Shown in pieces: positions 1 to 9,147 of a stretch of 61,539 nucleotides of DNA. Below the pieces are notes generated by a model, which searched no databases, was not told where the DNA came from, and saw only the letters and a program-made list of their open reading frames with translations. Numbering within the stretch: position 1 is the stretch's first letter; each line of letters opens with the position of its first letter. The DNA is taken from positions 1 through 61,539 of the IMG/VR virus record IMGVR_UViG_3300025141_000089, one strand, 5' to 3'. The stretch comes from a virus (taxonomy: Duplodnaviria; Caudoviricetes). The translations under genes and the position numbers were made by a program.

Positions 1-561
1 TGTAAATACTTGTTCGTATCTTTCAAATAGTTTTGGATTCATACCACCATCGTATTTAACTCCACGCATTACATCATATCCCTGCAATTCAAGATGCCCT
101 ATGAGAATTGGTGCAGATGCAGTTTTAATAAAATCAATTGATTGATTATAATTTTCTGTATTCATCCAAGGCAACAATGCAATATCTAAACCATCAAAGT
201 TTACCACAGTAGGTTCTTCATATAAAATTAAATCATCGCCGAATAATTCTCGTATTGAATTAATTACATTTGTATTTCGGTAATATACATCATGGTTGCC
301 AAGAATACAATGCAACTCAATGCCTTCATCTCTCAACCTATCCATAAACTTTGTTCTAATTTGATTTAATATGTTAAAGTTTACATATTTGCGCCTGTCC
401 ATTAAATCGCCAGCATGTATAACTGTTTTGATGTCGTTCTCTTTTAGATATGGAAAAAACACACCATCAAAGAACTTCATAAAATAATCTAAAAATAATT
501 GGCTATCGCCCCTTGCACCGAAGTGCGTGTCATTTATCAGTGCTATCTTCACTTTGTTCAT
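1..561 (-). CDS. gp47: Recombination endonuclease subunit (Mre11/SbcD-like), 5' part; runs off the window edge
   Basis: Manual translation from ATG at 561: MNKVKIALINDTHFGARGDSQ...VIHAGDLMDRRK...ILGNHDVYYRN. These are metallophosphoesterase motifs (DxH, GDxxD, GNHD). Lies directly downstream of gp55, as in T4-like phages. Confidence 0.93.
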   Translation of the reverse strand, partial: MNKVKIALINDTHFGARGDSQLFLDYFMKFFDGVFFPYLKENDIKTVIHAGDLMDRRKYVNFNILNQIRTKFMDRLRDEGIELHCILGNHDVYYRNTNVINSIRELFGDDLILYEEPTVVNFDGLDIALLPWMNTENYNQSIDFIKTASAPILIGHLELQGYDVMRGVKYDGGMNPKLFERYEQVFT

Positions 562-1138
562 CCTGTAACATACATTCTAATGTATTATTTTCTTTTTTAT
601 TTTTGGCAGACTTCTGTTTTGAAGTTCTTTTCTTACGTTTCTTTGGTGTAAACTTTTCTATATCTGTGTCATTTAAATTAAAATGATCAGTCATTGCTTT
701 CTTAGTTGATTTTTCAAAATAATTCTCTTTAAACCAACTGCTTAATGAACCATCATCCATTTGTTCCATCAATCTATATTTCACATATGATTGTTTCTTT
801 TCTTTCTCAATTCGTCTAAGAAATGCATAATATATAATCTGTGTAAAATATGAAAATGGATTCTTTGATTTATTTGGATCAAAATTGTGTGCATACATCA
901 AACAATTCTCTATACCATCTCCAATCATTTCTTCTCTATAATCATAATTAATAAAATTTGGCCTATGTGAAAGATGTTCTGCAATCAATAAAAAACATTC
1001 TCCAATATAATCAGTAACTGGCGGTCTCTTTTCATCTGAATTTTCTGCTTCAATAACATCCTTCTTCCATTCAACCATTGCACTATAAAACACTTTGTTA
1101 TCGATATATTGGTGTTTTGTACGTTTCTTCTTACTCAT
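530..1138 (-). CDS. gp55: Late-transcription sigma factor
   Basis: YIDNK.F, YIGECFLLIAEHLSHRPNFINY.YREEMIGDGIENC..Y..NFDP.KS.NPFSYFTQIIYYAFLRRI.KEKKQ is the gp55 signature. Confidence 0.96.
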   Translation of the reverse strand: MSKKKRTKHQYIDNKVFYSAMVEWKKDVIEAENSDEKRPPVTDYIGECFLLIAEHLSHRPNFINYDYREEMIGDGIENCLMYAHNFDPNKSKNPFSYFTQIIYYAFLRRIEKEKKQSYVKYRLMEQMDDGSLSSWFKENYFEKSTKKAMTDHFNLNDTDIEKFTPKKRKKRTSKQKSAKNKKENNTLECMLQDEQSEDSTDK

Positions 1139-1145
1139 TATTTAT

Positions 1146-1173
1146 ATTATACTCATATTTTTAAAAAAATCAA
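1146..1173 (-). promoter_or_regulatory. Putative sigma70-type promoter for gp55 (TTGATT-16-TATAAT), probably leaderless
   Basis: -35 at 1173-1168 and -10 at 1151-1146. The ATG is at 1138 and there is no Shine-Dalgarno sequence. Confidence 0.5.
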
Positions 1174-1193
1174 AATAAATATTAGTTTTTTTC

Positions 1194-1222
1194 TTGACAA
1201 TTCTCGTTTTCCGCGTTACACT
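1194..1222 (+). promoter_or_regulatory. Putative sigma70-type promoter TTGACA-17-TACACT, antisense to the local genes
   Basis: TTGACA at 1194-1199, a 17-nt spacer, and TACACT at 1217-1222. Confidence 0.45.
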
Positions 1223-1248
1223 TATCAGTGCCCCGGGAAACAAGGGTA

Positions 1249-2097
1249 TTAAGGCCTATCATCCAAATAATCATCTGGATATGGGCTCCAATCTTTCCAG
1301 TGTAAACCATATTCATCAGAATCCCGACCATTGGGGTCTTCATCTTTAAATTTCTTATATCCAATTGGTGGAAATGCACCACCAAACAATTCTTTTGGAA
1401 AATTACCAAAAGGGAATTCATCTTCCGAAGATGTTTTCCCTTGAGAAAGAGAATCAATAATTGATTTAATTTGGTCTTCTTCTACCAAACCAGAGTCAAT
1501 TAAAGTTAAAAGTGCTTCTGGTGGCAAATAAAGGCTCATAGTGATATAATTTTCAAAATCATCATCCATTTCATTATTTCTTTCTGAATCTTTTCGTAAT
1601 TCATCCAATTCTTCATCACTTAGATTGTTAATCTCATTCATGACTCTATCCATCATTTCTTCATCTATAGGTGCTTTATGAAGCATATCCATCATTTTTT
1701 GAACTTCTTCTGCATCTTTAAAATTGTTTGGTCGGTTATTTTTGGGAATATATGGATTTCTTGAGTCTTTTTTAATGATTCTATTATTTTTCTGATTCTT
1801 CATGGAATCATCTTTTTTCTTTTCCAATTCATAGAGTTGAAGAACATCATTATCTGGTTTAAGAAAGGATGCAATAAAGTCTTTAGGAATGGTTGTTTTT
1901 TCATAAGATGAATATATCAACCAATTTTTAAGAATTGTAAATTCTTTGGTTCTACCATAACCATCAGTCATTAATGAAGAATGAAATTTCATTGGTCTTT
2001 CAATAATTAGATTGCCATTCTTTTCGCCAGCAATTCTAGTTATTAATTCTTCCCCACTTTTAAGTTTAAGAATTCTAAATGAATTTTTTTTCATCAT
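1249..2097 (-). CDS. Conserved hypothetical protein between uvsW and gp55 (Sm-like N-terminus)
   Basis: N-terminal RILKLKSGEELI...IERP motif; the same position is occupied in marine T4-like phages; acidic C-terminal half. Confidence 0.75.
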   Translation of the reverse strand: MMKKNSFRILKLKSGEELITRIAGEKNGNLIIERPMKFHSSLMTDGYGRTKEFTILKNWLIYSSYEKTTIPKDFIASFLKPDNDVLQLYELEKKKDDSMKNQKNNRIIKKDSRNPYIPKNNRPNNFKDAEEVQKMMDMLHKAPIDEEMMDRVMNEINNLSDEELDELRKDSERNNEMDDDFENYITMSLYLPPEALLTLIDSGLVEEDQIKSIIDSLSQGKTSSEDEFPFGNFPKELFGGAFPPIGYKKFKDEDPNGRDSDEYGLHWKDWSPYPDDYLDDRP

Positions 2098-2103
2098 TAC
2101 CTC

Positions 2104-3597
2104 TCATAACTGAATTTTTACCGATTTCCATTGAAAGTTCTCACTACTATATATGCGTATTCTTTCTTCTAAATGTTTCATAGTGTGATTTTTATATTTC
2201 TTATAGCATAAATCATCACTAATATCATATAATTTTACTTTATCTTTTGTTTCAGATTTTCGTAATCCGCGGCCAATAGATTGTAATACACGAATAACTG
2301 ATTTAGAAGGTGATGCAAATATGATATTATGTATGTTCCTGATGTTGATTCCTGTACTACAAGTACCATACGATGCAATTAGGATTGCGTTCTTCTCTTT
2401 ATCAATAATTTGCCTAATTTCTTCTCGTTGTTCCGTATCTGTTCCGCCATAAATAAAGAACACTTTTCTGGGGTCTTCACATTCTTTTTTTATCATTTCA
2501 TATAATGGTTTTCCATGAGTTTCAACGTAATTAAATAATAATAAAGAGTTGCCGTGTAGAGTACAACAAAGAGTTGAAATGAATTTATTTCTTTTATCAT
2601 TTCCAACAATCCATTTAATTTCTTCTTGATAAGATATTCTTTTTACTTCCTGAATTTCCTTTGGGGTATATTGTAGGGTGATACATTCAATTGATAACTC
2701 GGATAAGAGTTCTTTTTCCATCAAGTCTTTTGTACTTGTAACATTATACACTCTACCAAATAAACCCTCAATGACGAGTTTATGCGTATGACTTCCATCC
2801 AATGTACCAGTTGTACCTATTCTATATGGACAGTGAGTAAGTTTTGTCATAATCGCTGTCAATGATTTGCTTTTGAAAAGGTGGCACTCATCACCAAATA
2901 CCACACCAAATTCTTCAAAATATTTCTGCGGCATTTTGTATATACTCTGCCAGGTTGATATAACAACTTGTTTTTCTGTCACTTTATCTTTACCTGCATA
3001 TATGACATGGCAATTTTCATTTACATCCCATTTGGAATTGGATGAGTAATCCTTGAAGTCGTTGTACATTTGTGACACAAGACCAGTTGTGGGTACAATG
3101 ATTAGGATTTTCTTTTCTTTGGGTATAACTTTTTCATAATGGCGAATTAATGAATATATGATGAGTGATTTGCCACTCCCTGTTGGAGATAGTAACAAAC
3201 ATCTGTCATGTTCGATTGCATGTTGAATTGCATTTACCTGATGGTCATATGGAGTAATAGATTTGCCACTAATTGCGGGTTTTATCTTGTCTTTGAGGTA
3301 TGATTTAATTTGTTCTTTTGTTATGTTTTTAGAAGAACTAGCCATTTTGTCTTCATATGTGTACTGTCTTTCGTTGGCAAAAGACCTAACATAGTCTTTT
3401 AGGCCTGCATATATCATATGTGTATGAACATTAAATAAACGTATTTGGCCGTCCCACATTTTGTTTCTATACGCAGGGGTATATTGATAATTTGGCACAG
3501 TAAAGGTGAAGAATTGGCTGAGTTCTTTGGCAATACTTCGTTCACAATGAACTTTAATGTTCACGGTATCTTCTTGGTATATTTCTAAATCACTCAT
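2104..3597 (-). CDS. uvsW: SF2 DNA/RNA helicase UvsW
   Basis: Motifs SPTGSGKS, DECH, GTTGT and QSIGRGLR, plus the N-terminal WDG.IRLF motif; adjacent to uvsY. Confidence 0.96.
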   Translation of the reverse strand: MSDLEIYQEDTVNIKVHCERSIAKELSQFFTFTVPNYQYTPAYRNKMWDGQIRLFNVHTHMIYAGLKDYVRSFANERQYTYEDKMASSSKNITKEQIKSYLKDKIKPAISGKSITPYDHQVNAIQHAIEHDRCLLLSPTGSGKSLIIYSLIRHYEKVIPKEKKILIIVPTTGLVSQMYNDFKDYSSNSKWDVNENCHVIYAGKDKVTEKQVVISTWQSIYKMPQKYFEEFGVVFGDECHLFKSKSLTAIMTKLTHCPYRIGTTGTLDGSHTHKLVIEGLFGRVYNVTSTKDLMEKELLSELSIECITLQYTPKEIQEVKRISYQEEIKWIVGNDKRNKFISTLCCTLHGNSLLLFNYVETHGKPLYEMIKKECEDPRKVFFIYGGTDTEQREEIRQIIDKEKNAILIASYGTCSTGINIRNIHNIIFASPSKSVIRVLQSIGRGLRKSETKDKVKLYDISDDLCYKKYKNHTMKHLEERIRIYSSENFQWKSVKIQL

Positions 3598-4028
3598 GAT
3601 CCACTAGTAAACTTTAACCAATCAATAGCAGAACGAATGTTCCATTGTCTGTTGTTGATTAATTTAATTACATTTTCTAAGTAGTTTACCTTCTCCTGTT
3701 GTAACAGTATTCTATTTGCCAATGTAATTATATCATCATCGGCATCTAAAAATTTGTCAATATCTGATTTTAATATGTTTAAGTCAAATGTGTCCCATCC
3801 AAAATCATCTAGTTGTTCTTGACTTAATTTGCCAGTATAATATAGCCATTTGTTTTTTCTAAGAACACTGAAATCTGATTTTAATTTCCCTAATATAAGC
3901 TTTTCATCTGTGAAAATTATTAGGTATTTGTTATGCAATTGGGGAGTTTTCATAGATTCAATGTCTAATGCAGTTTCATCCATGACCATATCTTTATTCA
4001 CTAGTTGCCTAATATCATCTATATTCAT
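3594..4028 (-). CDS. uvsY: Recombination mediator UvsY
   Basis: LD.ES.K.PQLHNKYL...KW.YYTGK...YLE...K.INNR.W.IR.AIDW.KF; located between gp3 and uvsW. Confidence 0.93.
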   Translation of the reverse strand: MNIDDIRQLVNKDMVMDETALDIESMKTPQLHNKYLIIFTDEKLILGKLKSDFSVLRKNKWLYYTGKLSQEQLDDFGWDTFDLNILKSDIDKFLDADDDIITLANRILLQQEKVNYLENVIKLINNRQWNIRSAIDWLKFTSGS

Positions 4029-4034
4029 GTGTAT

Positions 4035-4062
4035 ACTATACCATAGATTTCAGAAAAATCAA
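4035..4062 (-). promoter_or_regulatory. Putative sigma70-type promoter for uvsY (TTGATT-16-TATAGT, TG extension), probably leaderless
   Basis: -35 at 4062-4057 and -10 at 4040-4035; ATG at 4028. Same architecture as the gp55 promoter. Confidence 0.5.
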
Positions 4063-4065
4063 GTA

Positions 4066-4677
4066 TTATGGTGAATTTGTTAGTCGGTTTATTGAATAAT
4101 AGGTATATGCAAAAGTTGCATTGGCTACAATTGGTTCATTATCAGAAGATGTACTATTAAATTGGATGCCACTTAATGCTATAGGAAACATATCGTGGAT
4201 ATCAACTTCCAATTTTGTTTTATAACTACTATTTGTAATGGATATTTTTGAATTAGAAAAGAAATCTCCAAATTGGCCAGGATGTTTGCGTGTTGACTGG
4301 GCACTGATATTACTTTTAAAATCTACCATCGTTCCAATTTCTTCCATCCATTCAAAAACTTCAATCCAGTTTTTCATATCCTCATCAACAAGGAAACTGA
4401 CATTTAATTCTTCCCATGTGTATCTGCCTCCAATCCATTTGGCAGATGTTCCAAAGACGGTAGGTTGTTCCACTGGAGATAAAGAAAGTGAAGGAAGATT
4501 AACTTGTTGACAATAGTATGTTACCAACGGAAGTCTGGTAATTTCAAATTTAAAATAATTAGTAGAGAGATAGTTATTAGTATCTGGTTGCCTGGGATCT
4601 GATACTCTTGTAACATCAGGCAATCCTGGCCCAGTATATCCTGCCTTTTCCCCAGTATATCCACCTTCATATGCCAT
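4066..4677 (-). CDS. gp3: Tail tube terminator / tail completion protein
   Basis: NYLS...FKF.I.RLP.V.Y.CQ.VNLP...L.VSFLVDEDMKNW.E...W...D.FP.ALSG..F...ATFAYT.Y; located downstream of gp23. Confidence 0.88.
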   Translation of the reverse strand: MAYEGGYTGEKAGYTGPGLPDVTRVSDPRQPDTNNYLSTNYFKFEITRLPLVTYYCQQVNLPSLSLSPVEQPTVFGTSAKWIGGRYTWEELNVSFLVDEDMKNWIEVFEWMEEIGTMVDFKSNISAQSTRKHPGQFGDFFSNSKISITNSSYKTKLEVDIHDMFPIALSGIQFNSTSSDNEPIVANATFAYTYYSINRLTNSP

Positions 4678-4693
4678 ACAAATCTCCTTACAT

Positions 4694-4701
4694 TATGTAT
4701 A
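4694..4701 (-). promoter_or_regulatory. Late promoter variant TATACATA (gp3)
   Basis: 8-mer 17 nt upstream of the gp3 ATG; the same 8-mer recurs before many late genes. Confidence 0.7.
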
Positions 4702-4730
4702 AGAAAAAAGGGTGTCCCGAAGGACACCCT
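4702..4730 (-). terminator. Intrinsic terminator after gp23 (cUUCGg tetraloop)
   Basis: Minus strand reads AGGGTGTCC-TTCG-GGACACCCT-TTTTTCT. Confidence 0.92.
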
Positions 4731-4756
4731 GATTTCACAGTGTTATTCTACACTAA

Positions 4757-6115
4757 TTATGTGTTACCATGAAGGTTAGTAATGGTGAAGAGTCTGTAGT
4801 AGACATTCTTACCCGAACCAACACTTACAGTAGTACCATCATCGTGTGCGAATGGGTTTGCAACCATACCGTACCGAGTTTTGAACCCGATTTTTGGTTG
4901 GAAGGTGTTTTCACCAACTGCACGAACCATTTGTAATGGAACATATGGGCAGTAGAAAATACCTGCATCGTATGGATTGCTACCACGATATCCAACACAA
5001 GCGAAGTTAATATCACTTGAACGGGCATCGTTTGTGGTAGCACTGTATGGGTCGATGTATACTTTCATCTTACCATTGAGTGTACCAACAAATGTATTAC
5101 CAGTGTCATCAACATCTAATGATGTATTTAGTGCGGGTGAGAGTTGTAACCAACCACCCATTGCGAGTGCGGATGCAACATCGGATGAACAAAGAACAAA
5201 GTTACCTTTGCCTCTTCGTGTTTGCTTTGCGATAATGTTTGCTTCTCGTTCTAATTGGAACATCAAACCACGGAATCGTTCAGCACTCCAACGACCATCA
5301 CTATCTGTGTTAAGGTCATATGTACCTGCTGATGACAAATCTGTGTGTTGTGCGCCGTTTCTTGCTGAAACATAAATGCTTCGAACAACTTCTCGGTTGA
5401 TTTCTGAAAGGATTTCACTTGAGAGGATGTTAGCAAGTTCAGTTTCTGCGTCAAGACCGTGAACTGCTTTCAAGTCTTGTGCGAGTTCTGTGGTGTATTC
5501 TGCTTTCAATGCACGGGTTTTTGCTTCAACAGCAACTCGTTCAATACTGAACGCCATGTCACGGAATGCAGTACCATCTGAAGAACCCATACCTTCAGCA
5601 GTTGATGTGAGCAATGCACGGAAGCCAGTAAGTGACGGTGAACCCGTTGGGTCGATACCACCAGTTGAACTGAATGCAGCACCTGTTGATGTGTTACCAG
5701 CACCAGAGAACTTAGCAAATGCTTCTTGATACAATGCTTCTGCACCAGATTGTGTGTCATATCGTGAACGCATTGCGAAAATGAGTCCAGTCGGTGCAGA
5801 CATTGGTTGCACACCTACTAAATCATAAGCAATTAGATTTGGCATTGAACGGCGAACAAGGCTGATTAGAATTGGATCATAACCAGCGAGGCCGCCAGCA
5901 GTACCGATTTGTGCGTTACTGAAGTTGCCACCCATTGCGTTTGTTGGTGTTGATTCTGTGAGGTGTTGCTCACGAAGTGCAGCCTCTTGGTTTTCCAAAA
6001 GTGCCGCTGTTACTTTTTTCTTGTATGAATCTTCAATTTCTGGAAGATCCGGATGATTTAATACAGGATTCCATTTTTCCTGTAATTGATCATATGGTGT
6101 TGTGTTACTATCCAT
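4757..6115 (-). CDS. gp23: Major capsid protein
   Basis: LQEKWNPVL, TAALLENQ, DPILISLVRR.MPNLIAYD..GVQPM..PTGLIFAMRSRY, RALKAEYT.ELAQDLKAVHGLDAE.EL and FQPKIGFKTRYG. Confidence 0.99.
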   Translation of the reverse strand: MDSNTTPYDQLQEKWNPVLNHPDLPEIEDSYKKKVTAALLENQEAALREQHLTESTPTNAMGGNFSNAQIGTAGGLAGYDPILISLVRRSMPNLIAYDLVGVQPMSAPTGLIFAMRSRYDTQSGAEALYQEAFAKFSGAGNTSTGAAFSSTGGIDPTGSPSLTGFRALLTSTAEGMGSSDGTAFRDMAFSIERVAVEAKTRALKAEYTTELAQDLKAVHGLDAETELANILSSEILSEINREVVRSIYVSARNGAQHTDLSSAGTYDLNTDSDGRWSAERFRGLMFQLEREANIIAKQTRRGKGNFVLCSSDVASALAMGGWLQLSPALNTSLDVDDTGNTFVGTLNGKMKVYIDPYSATTNDARSSDINFACVGYRGSNPYDAGIFYCPYVPLQMVRAVGENTFQPKIGFKTRYGMVANPFAHDDGTTVSVGSGKNVYYRLFTITNLHGNT

Positions 6116-6160
6116 TTCTATATTTCTCCTAAAGGGTTATTTTAATTTCGATTTACTTAT

Positions 6161-6168
6161 TATGTATA
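6161..6168 (-). promoter_or_regulatory. Late promoter variant TATACATA (gp23)
   Basis: 8-mer in the gp22-gp23 intergenic region. Confidence 0.7.
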
Positions 6169-6179
6169 AAATTTAAGTT

Positions 6180-7157
6180 TTATACCATTTTGTTTGAATC
6201 TGTGTGTCTACTAATTGCACTCATATATCCGTCCATCATGGGACTATTTGATTTTACATTTTCAGAAGATGAACCCTCTTCATTTAAGTATGACAGGGAA
6301 CTCGAAGATTCGGTATCACCGAAATAACCTTCCTTGAGTGTTTGAATTTTATCTCTATATTGTTCTTCGTCTTCAAATTCAATATTTTCAGATAATGATG
6401 CTAATCGTTCTATATCCGTATCAATTAGTCCATTTGCTTCTTCAAAAAAGATTTCCTGACAACGATGTGATACAACTTCTTGGTGAAGATATATATTGTT
6501 TTGAATTGCTTCATTCAATGATGCTTTTAATTGTTCATTTTCTTCAGCAATATCTTCAACGATATCGTATTTCTCGTCTGGAACATCAATAAAGTTAGTA
6601 TCAAAGAGTTCTTTGAGGCCACCGATGAAGTTTTCTGCGATATCTGAACGAATACCAGTTTCTACTGCGAGTTCGTTTTCTTCCATCCAGTTTTCTATAA
6701 CATAACCAAGATAGTCATCTAACTTTTCTGCTAGTTCTGTTGAAACTTCTTGGATATGTTCTGCGAGTTGTTCTTCATAATGTTCAAGAATGATTGATTC
6801 AATTTCACCAACTCGTTCGTTGATTGCTGCCTCAAAGATTGTTGCAGTTTTAACCATAAATTCTTCTGTGAGATTTTCACCATCAAAAAGTGCTTCAAGC
6901 GTTTGTTCCATTCTTTCTTGAGGAGTTCCAAGTGCGTGAGGAACTTCAACTTTACTAGAAGCGGCTGATGCTTTCGCAGCGATAGAAGACTTATTCTTCT
7001 TATCTTTACCTTCTGTTCCTTTATCGGTGCCCAACTTTGCGTGTTTTCCATCCGCAGACTGATACAGTTTTTCATCTTCTACAGACTTAGTATCTAAAGT
7101 TGGGGTTTCTTTGCCCGCTTCGTATAAGTCGTTGTAATTAGTTTCTTCGTTATTCAT
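6180..7157 (-). CDS. gp22: Prohead core scaffolding protein
   Basis: LTEEF..K.ATIFEAA, LDDYL.YV.E.WM.EN.LAVE.GIR..IAE.F..GLK.LF; acidic coiled coil; upstream of gp23. Confidence 0.93.
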   Translation of the reverse strand: MNNEETNYNDLYEAGKETPTLDTKSVEDEKLYQSADGKHAKLGTDKGTEGKDKKNKSSIAAKASAASSKVEVPHALGTPQERMEQTLEALFDGENLTEEFMVKTATIFEAAINERVGEIESIILEHYEEQLAEHIQEVSTELAEKLDDYLGYVIENWMEENELAVETGIRSDIAENFIGGLKELFDTNFIDVPDEKYDIVEDIAEENEQLKASLNEAIQNNIYLHQEVVSHRCQEIFFEEANGLIDTDIERLASLSENIEFEDEEQYRDKIQTLKEGYFGDTESSSSLSYLNEEGSSSENVKSNSPMMDGYMSAISRHTDSNKMV

Positions 7158-7189
7158 GGTAGATTTAATCTCCTAGTGTTTTTGTTCCA

Positions 7190-7384
7190 TCATTTATTTT
7201 TTCTATTTAATCCTTTAAATCCTTGGATTATTGCATTTTTAATGGCATTTGTTCCAGCATCTACTATTTTTCCTGGAGCATCCTCGATTTCTCTTTTTAG
7301 TTTATCTTTGAGGGCTTGTTTTGCCTTACCTGCAAGTTCTGATGCTTTCTTCTTAGCTTTATTTTCTAAAATATATTCTGTCAT
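7190..7384 (-). CDS. Small basic hypothetical protein (possible head-internal protein)
   Basis: 64-aa Lys-rich ORF between gp21 and gp22, preceded by TATACATA at 7407-7414. Confidence 0.6.
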   Translation of the reverse strand: MTEYILENKAKKKASELAGKAKQALKDKLKREIEDAPGKIVDAGTNAIKNAIIQGFKGLNRKNK

Positions 7385-7406
7385 TAATTGAACCTTTAAC
7401 TTCTAT

Positions 7407-7414
7407 TATGTATA
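7407..7414 (-). promoter_or_regulatory. Late promoter variant TATACATA
   Basis: 8-mer immediately after the gp21 stop codon. Confidence 0.65.
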
Positions 7415-7419
7415 AAAAA

Positions 7420-8070
7420 TTAAAGTTTTGACAAGAAATGAGCAAATGCTTTAATCGCATTTTCTTGCAATTCTCTTGCTGAACTCTTTTCTATTACCTC
7501 TTTATATTGTTCTATTACTTCTTCTCTAAAGATACCATTGTCCCAAATCCATTCTTTACCTTCCATAATACCGTCTACAAATGCGCCAGGTGCGGATGGG
7601 TCTGCAACAATATCTACTGCTGAAAGCATGAAGTCTTTTTGCACCTCATTAATTCCTTGTGAATTTGCTTTTAGTGAACCCATACCTCTAGATGAAACAC
7701 CGAGTCTTGCACCTTCACCGATTAGGTTTTGTGCAATTTTACCCATTGGGGTGTCCATTATTTTTGCTTTACCTTGAACATCATTTCCTGCCATATTCAA
7801 TTCTTTAATCATGTGTGATACACGGTCAAGATTTACTGTAGGACCTTGTGGGTGGTTGAGTTCTCCCATTGCACGGTTTTTTGCAACATATTCTTTACCA
7901 TAACGACCAACTTCATTCTCCATGATTCCAAGAGGATATACTCTACCATTCTTGTTCTTTTGCTCCGCTTGCATAAAGACACCTTTGATGTAATGGCTTT
8001 TCTTTCCTGTTTCTTCATTTGTTTCAACGAGAAACTGAACATTTTCTGTCATTTCCGTGATTAGTTTCAT
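7420..8070 (-). CDS. gp21: Prohead protease
   Basis: MKLITE, YIKGVFMQAE..N.NGRVYP, GELNHP.GPT.NLDRVSH, LGVSSRGMGSL and DIVADPSAP.AFV.GIME.KEW. Confidence 0.97.
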   Translation of the reverse strand: MKLITEMTENVQFLVETNEETGKKSHYIKGVFMQAEQKNKNGRVYPLGIMENEVGRYGKEYVAKNRAMGELNHPQGPTVNLDRVSHMIKELNMAGNDVQGKAKIMDTPMGKIAQNLIGEGARLGVSSRGMGSLKANSQGINEVQKDFMLSAVDIVADPSAPGAFVDGIMEGKEWIWDNGIFREEVIEQYKEVIEKSSARELQENAIKAFAHFLSKL

Positions 8071-8489
8071 TCGTCATCGTCCTCGTCTTTATTGTCGCGA
8101 ACCATTTTCTTTTTATTTGCTTCTTTTTCTGCGGCAACTGCATCTTCTTCTTCAGCAGTTGGGTCTTCTTTACCTGTTGCTTCTTCTGCATCAGATTCCC
8201 AGTTGTTGTCTAGGTAGTTGTAGAATTTTGATTTTTCTTCGGGAGTTTTTAATTCTTTTGGATCCTGAATGCCAAACTTCTTTAATGCCAAACGGTAAAA
8301 TTTCTTATATGCACCACTTTCTTTATCTGGTTTCTTGTCTTCACCTTCATTGTAAAGATTCATTGCGATATATTCTTTCATCTCAGAAAGCCGTTCGTTC
8401 ATTTTATCATACAGAACAAATTGAGTTTGAGAAACTGCTTCTTGCATTTCTCCGTTTAAGACATTTTCAATTATTTTTTCAGTAATCAT
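8067..8489 (-). CDS. Hypothetical prohead-core-region protein (gp67/gp68 position)
   Basis: Acidic 140-aa ORF overlapping the gp21 start; lies between portal and protease. Confidence 0.65.
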   Translation of the reverse strand: MITEKIIENVLNGEMQEAVSQTQFVLYDKMNERLSEMKEYIAMNLYNEGEDKKPDKESGAYKKFYRLALKKFGIQDPKELKTPEEKSKFYNYLDNNWESDAEEATGKEDPTAEEEDAVAAEKEANKKKMVRDNKDEDDDE

Positions 8490-8502
8490 TGATTATTTCC
8501 TA

Positions 8503-9147
8503 TTATGCTTTCTTATTGCAAAAGTCCAAGACTTTATAATAACTTTCTTCTGTTTCTGAGAGCATATCTCTCAAAATGGTTTGGTTGTCGCCGTTTAATT
8601 GATCATGAATTTGAATGATGCTACTTGCATCTTCTGGCAATATATGTATATTTTTCGAATCTTTGAGGGTGTATATTACCCCATCTTCTAGTGAATATGC
8701 TTCTTTGATTGCATCAATAACATTACCTTCATTTATAGATGCTTTCATGTCTTTTGCTAGATTCTTTATCATTACTAATGTGTCGTGATGTCTTCCTCCA
8801 ACCAAATTCACAGAGATAGTTTTTCCTTTTATGGATATATTATTATTTTTCAGCCCCATGTGCTTTAACGCAACCACAAATTCTTTGGCATCTTTTGTTG
8901 TTTTGAAGGTATAACCAGATGGGAAGAATTTTGCACCTCTAAGTTCTTCTAGGGGTTCGGCCTCTTCGGCGACTTCATCGCTGTCAATTTCTTTATCAGA
9001 ATCAGATAACAAATCTTGAGAAATGTTTAAGTTCTTATCTATGATAGACGTGGCTAATCTTTCTCTCATTTCATCCGCAAATGCAGAAGAAAATGCTTCT
9101 TTATCTTTACCTATGATTGATGCTAACATGTGGTCAATATTGCTCAT
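8503..9147 (-). CDS. Hypothetical prohead-core-region protein (gp67/gp68 position)
   Basis: 214-aa ORF overlapping the portal stop; assigned by synteny only. Confidence 0.65.
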   Translation of the reverse strand: MSNIDHMLASIIGKDKEAFSSAFADEMRERLATSIIDKNLNISQDLLSDSDKEIDSDEVAEEAEPLEELRGAKFFPSGYTFKTTKDAKEFVVALKHMGLKNNNISIKGKTISVNLVGGRHHDTLVMIKNLAKDMKASINEGNVIDAIKEAYSLEDGVIYTLKDSKNIHILPEDASSIIQIHDQLNGDNQTILRDMLSETEESYYKVLDFCNKKA

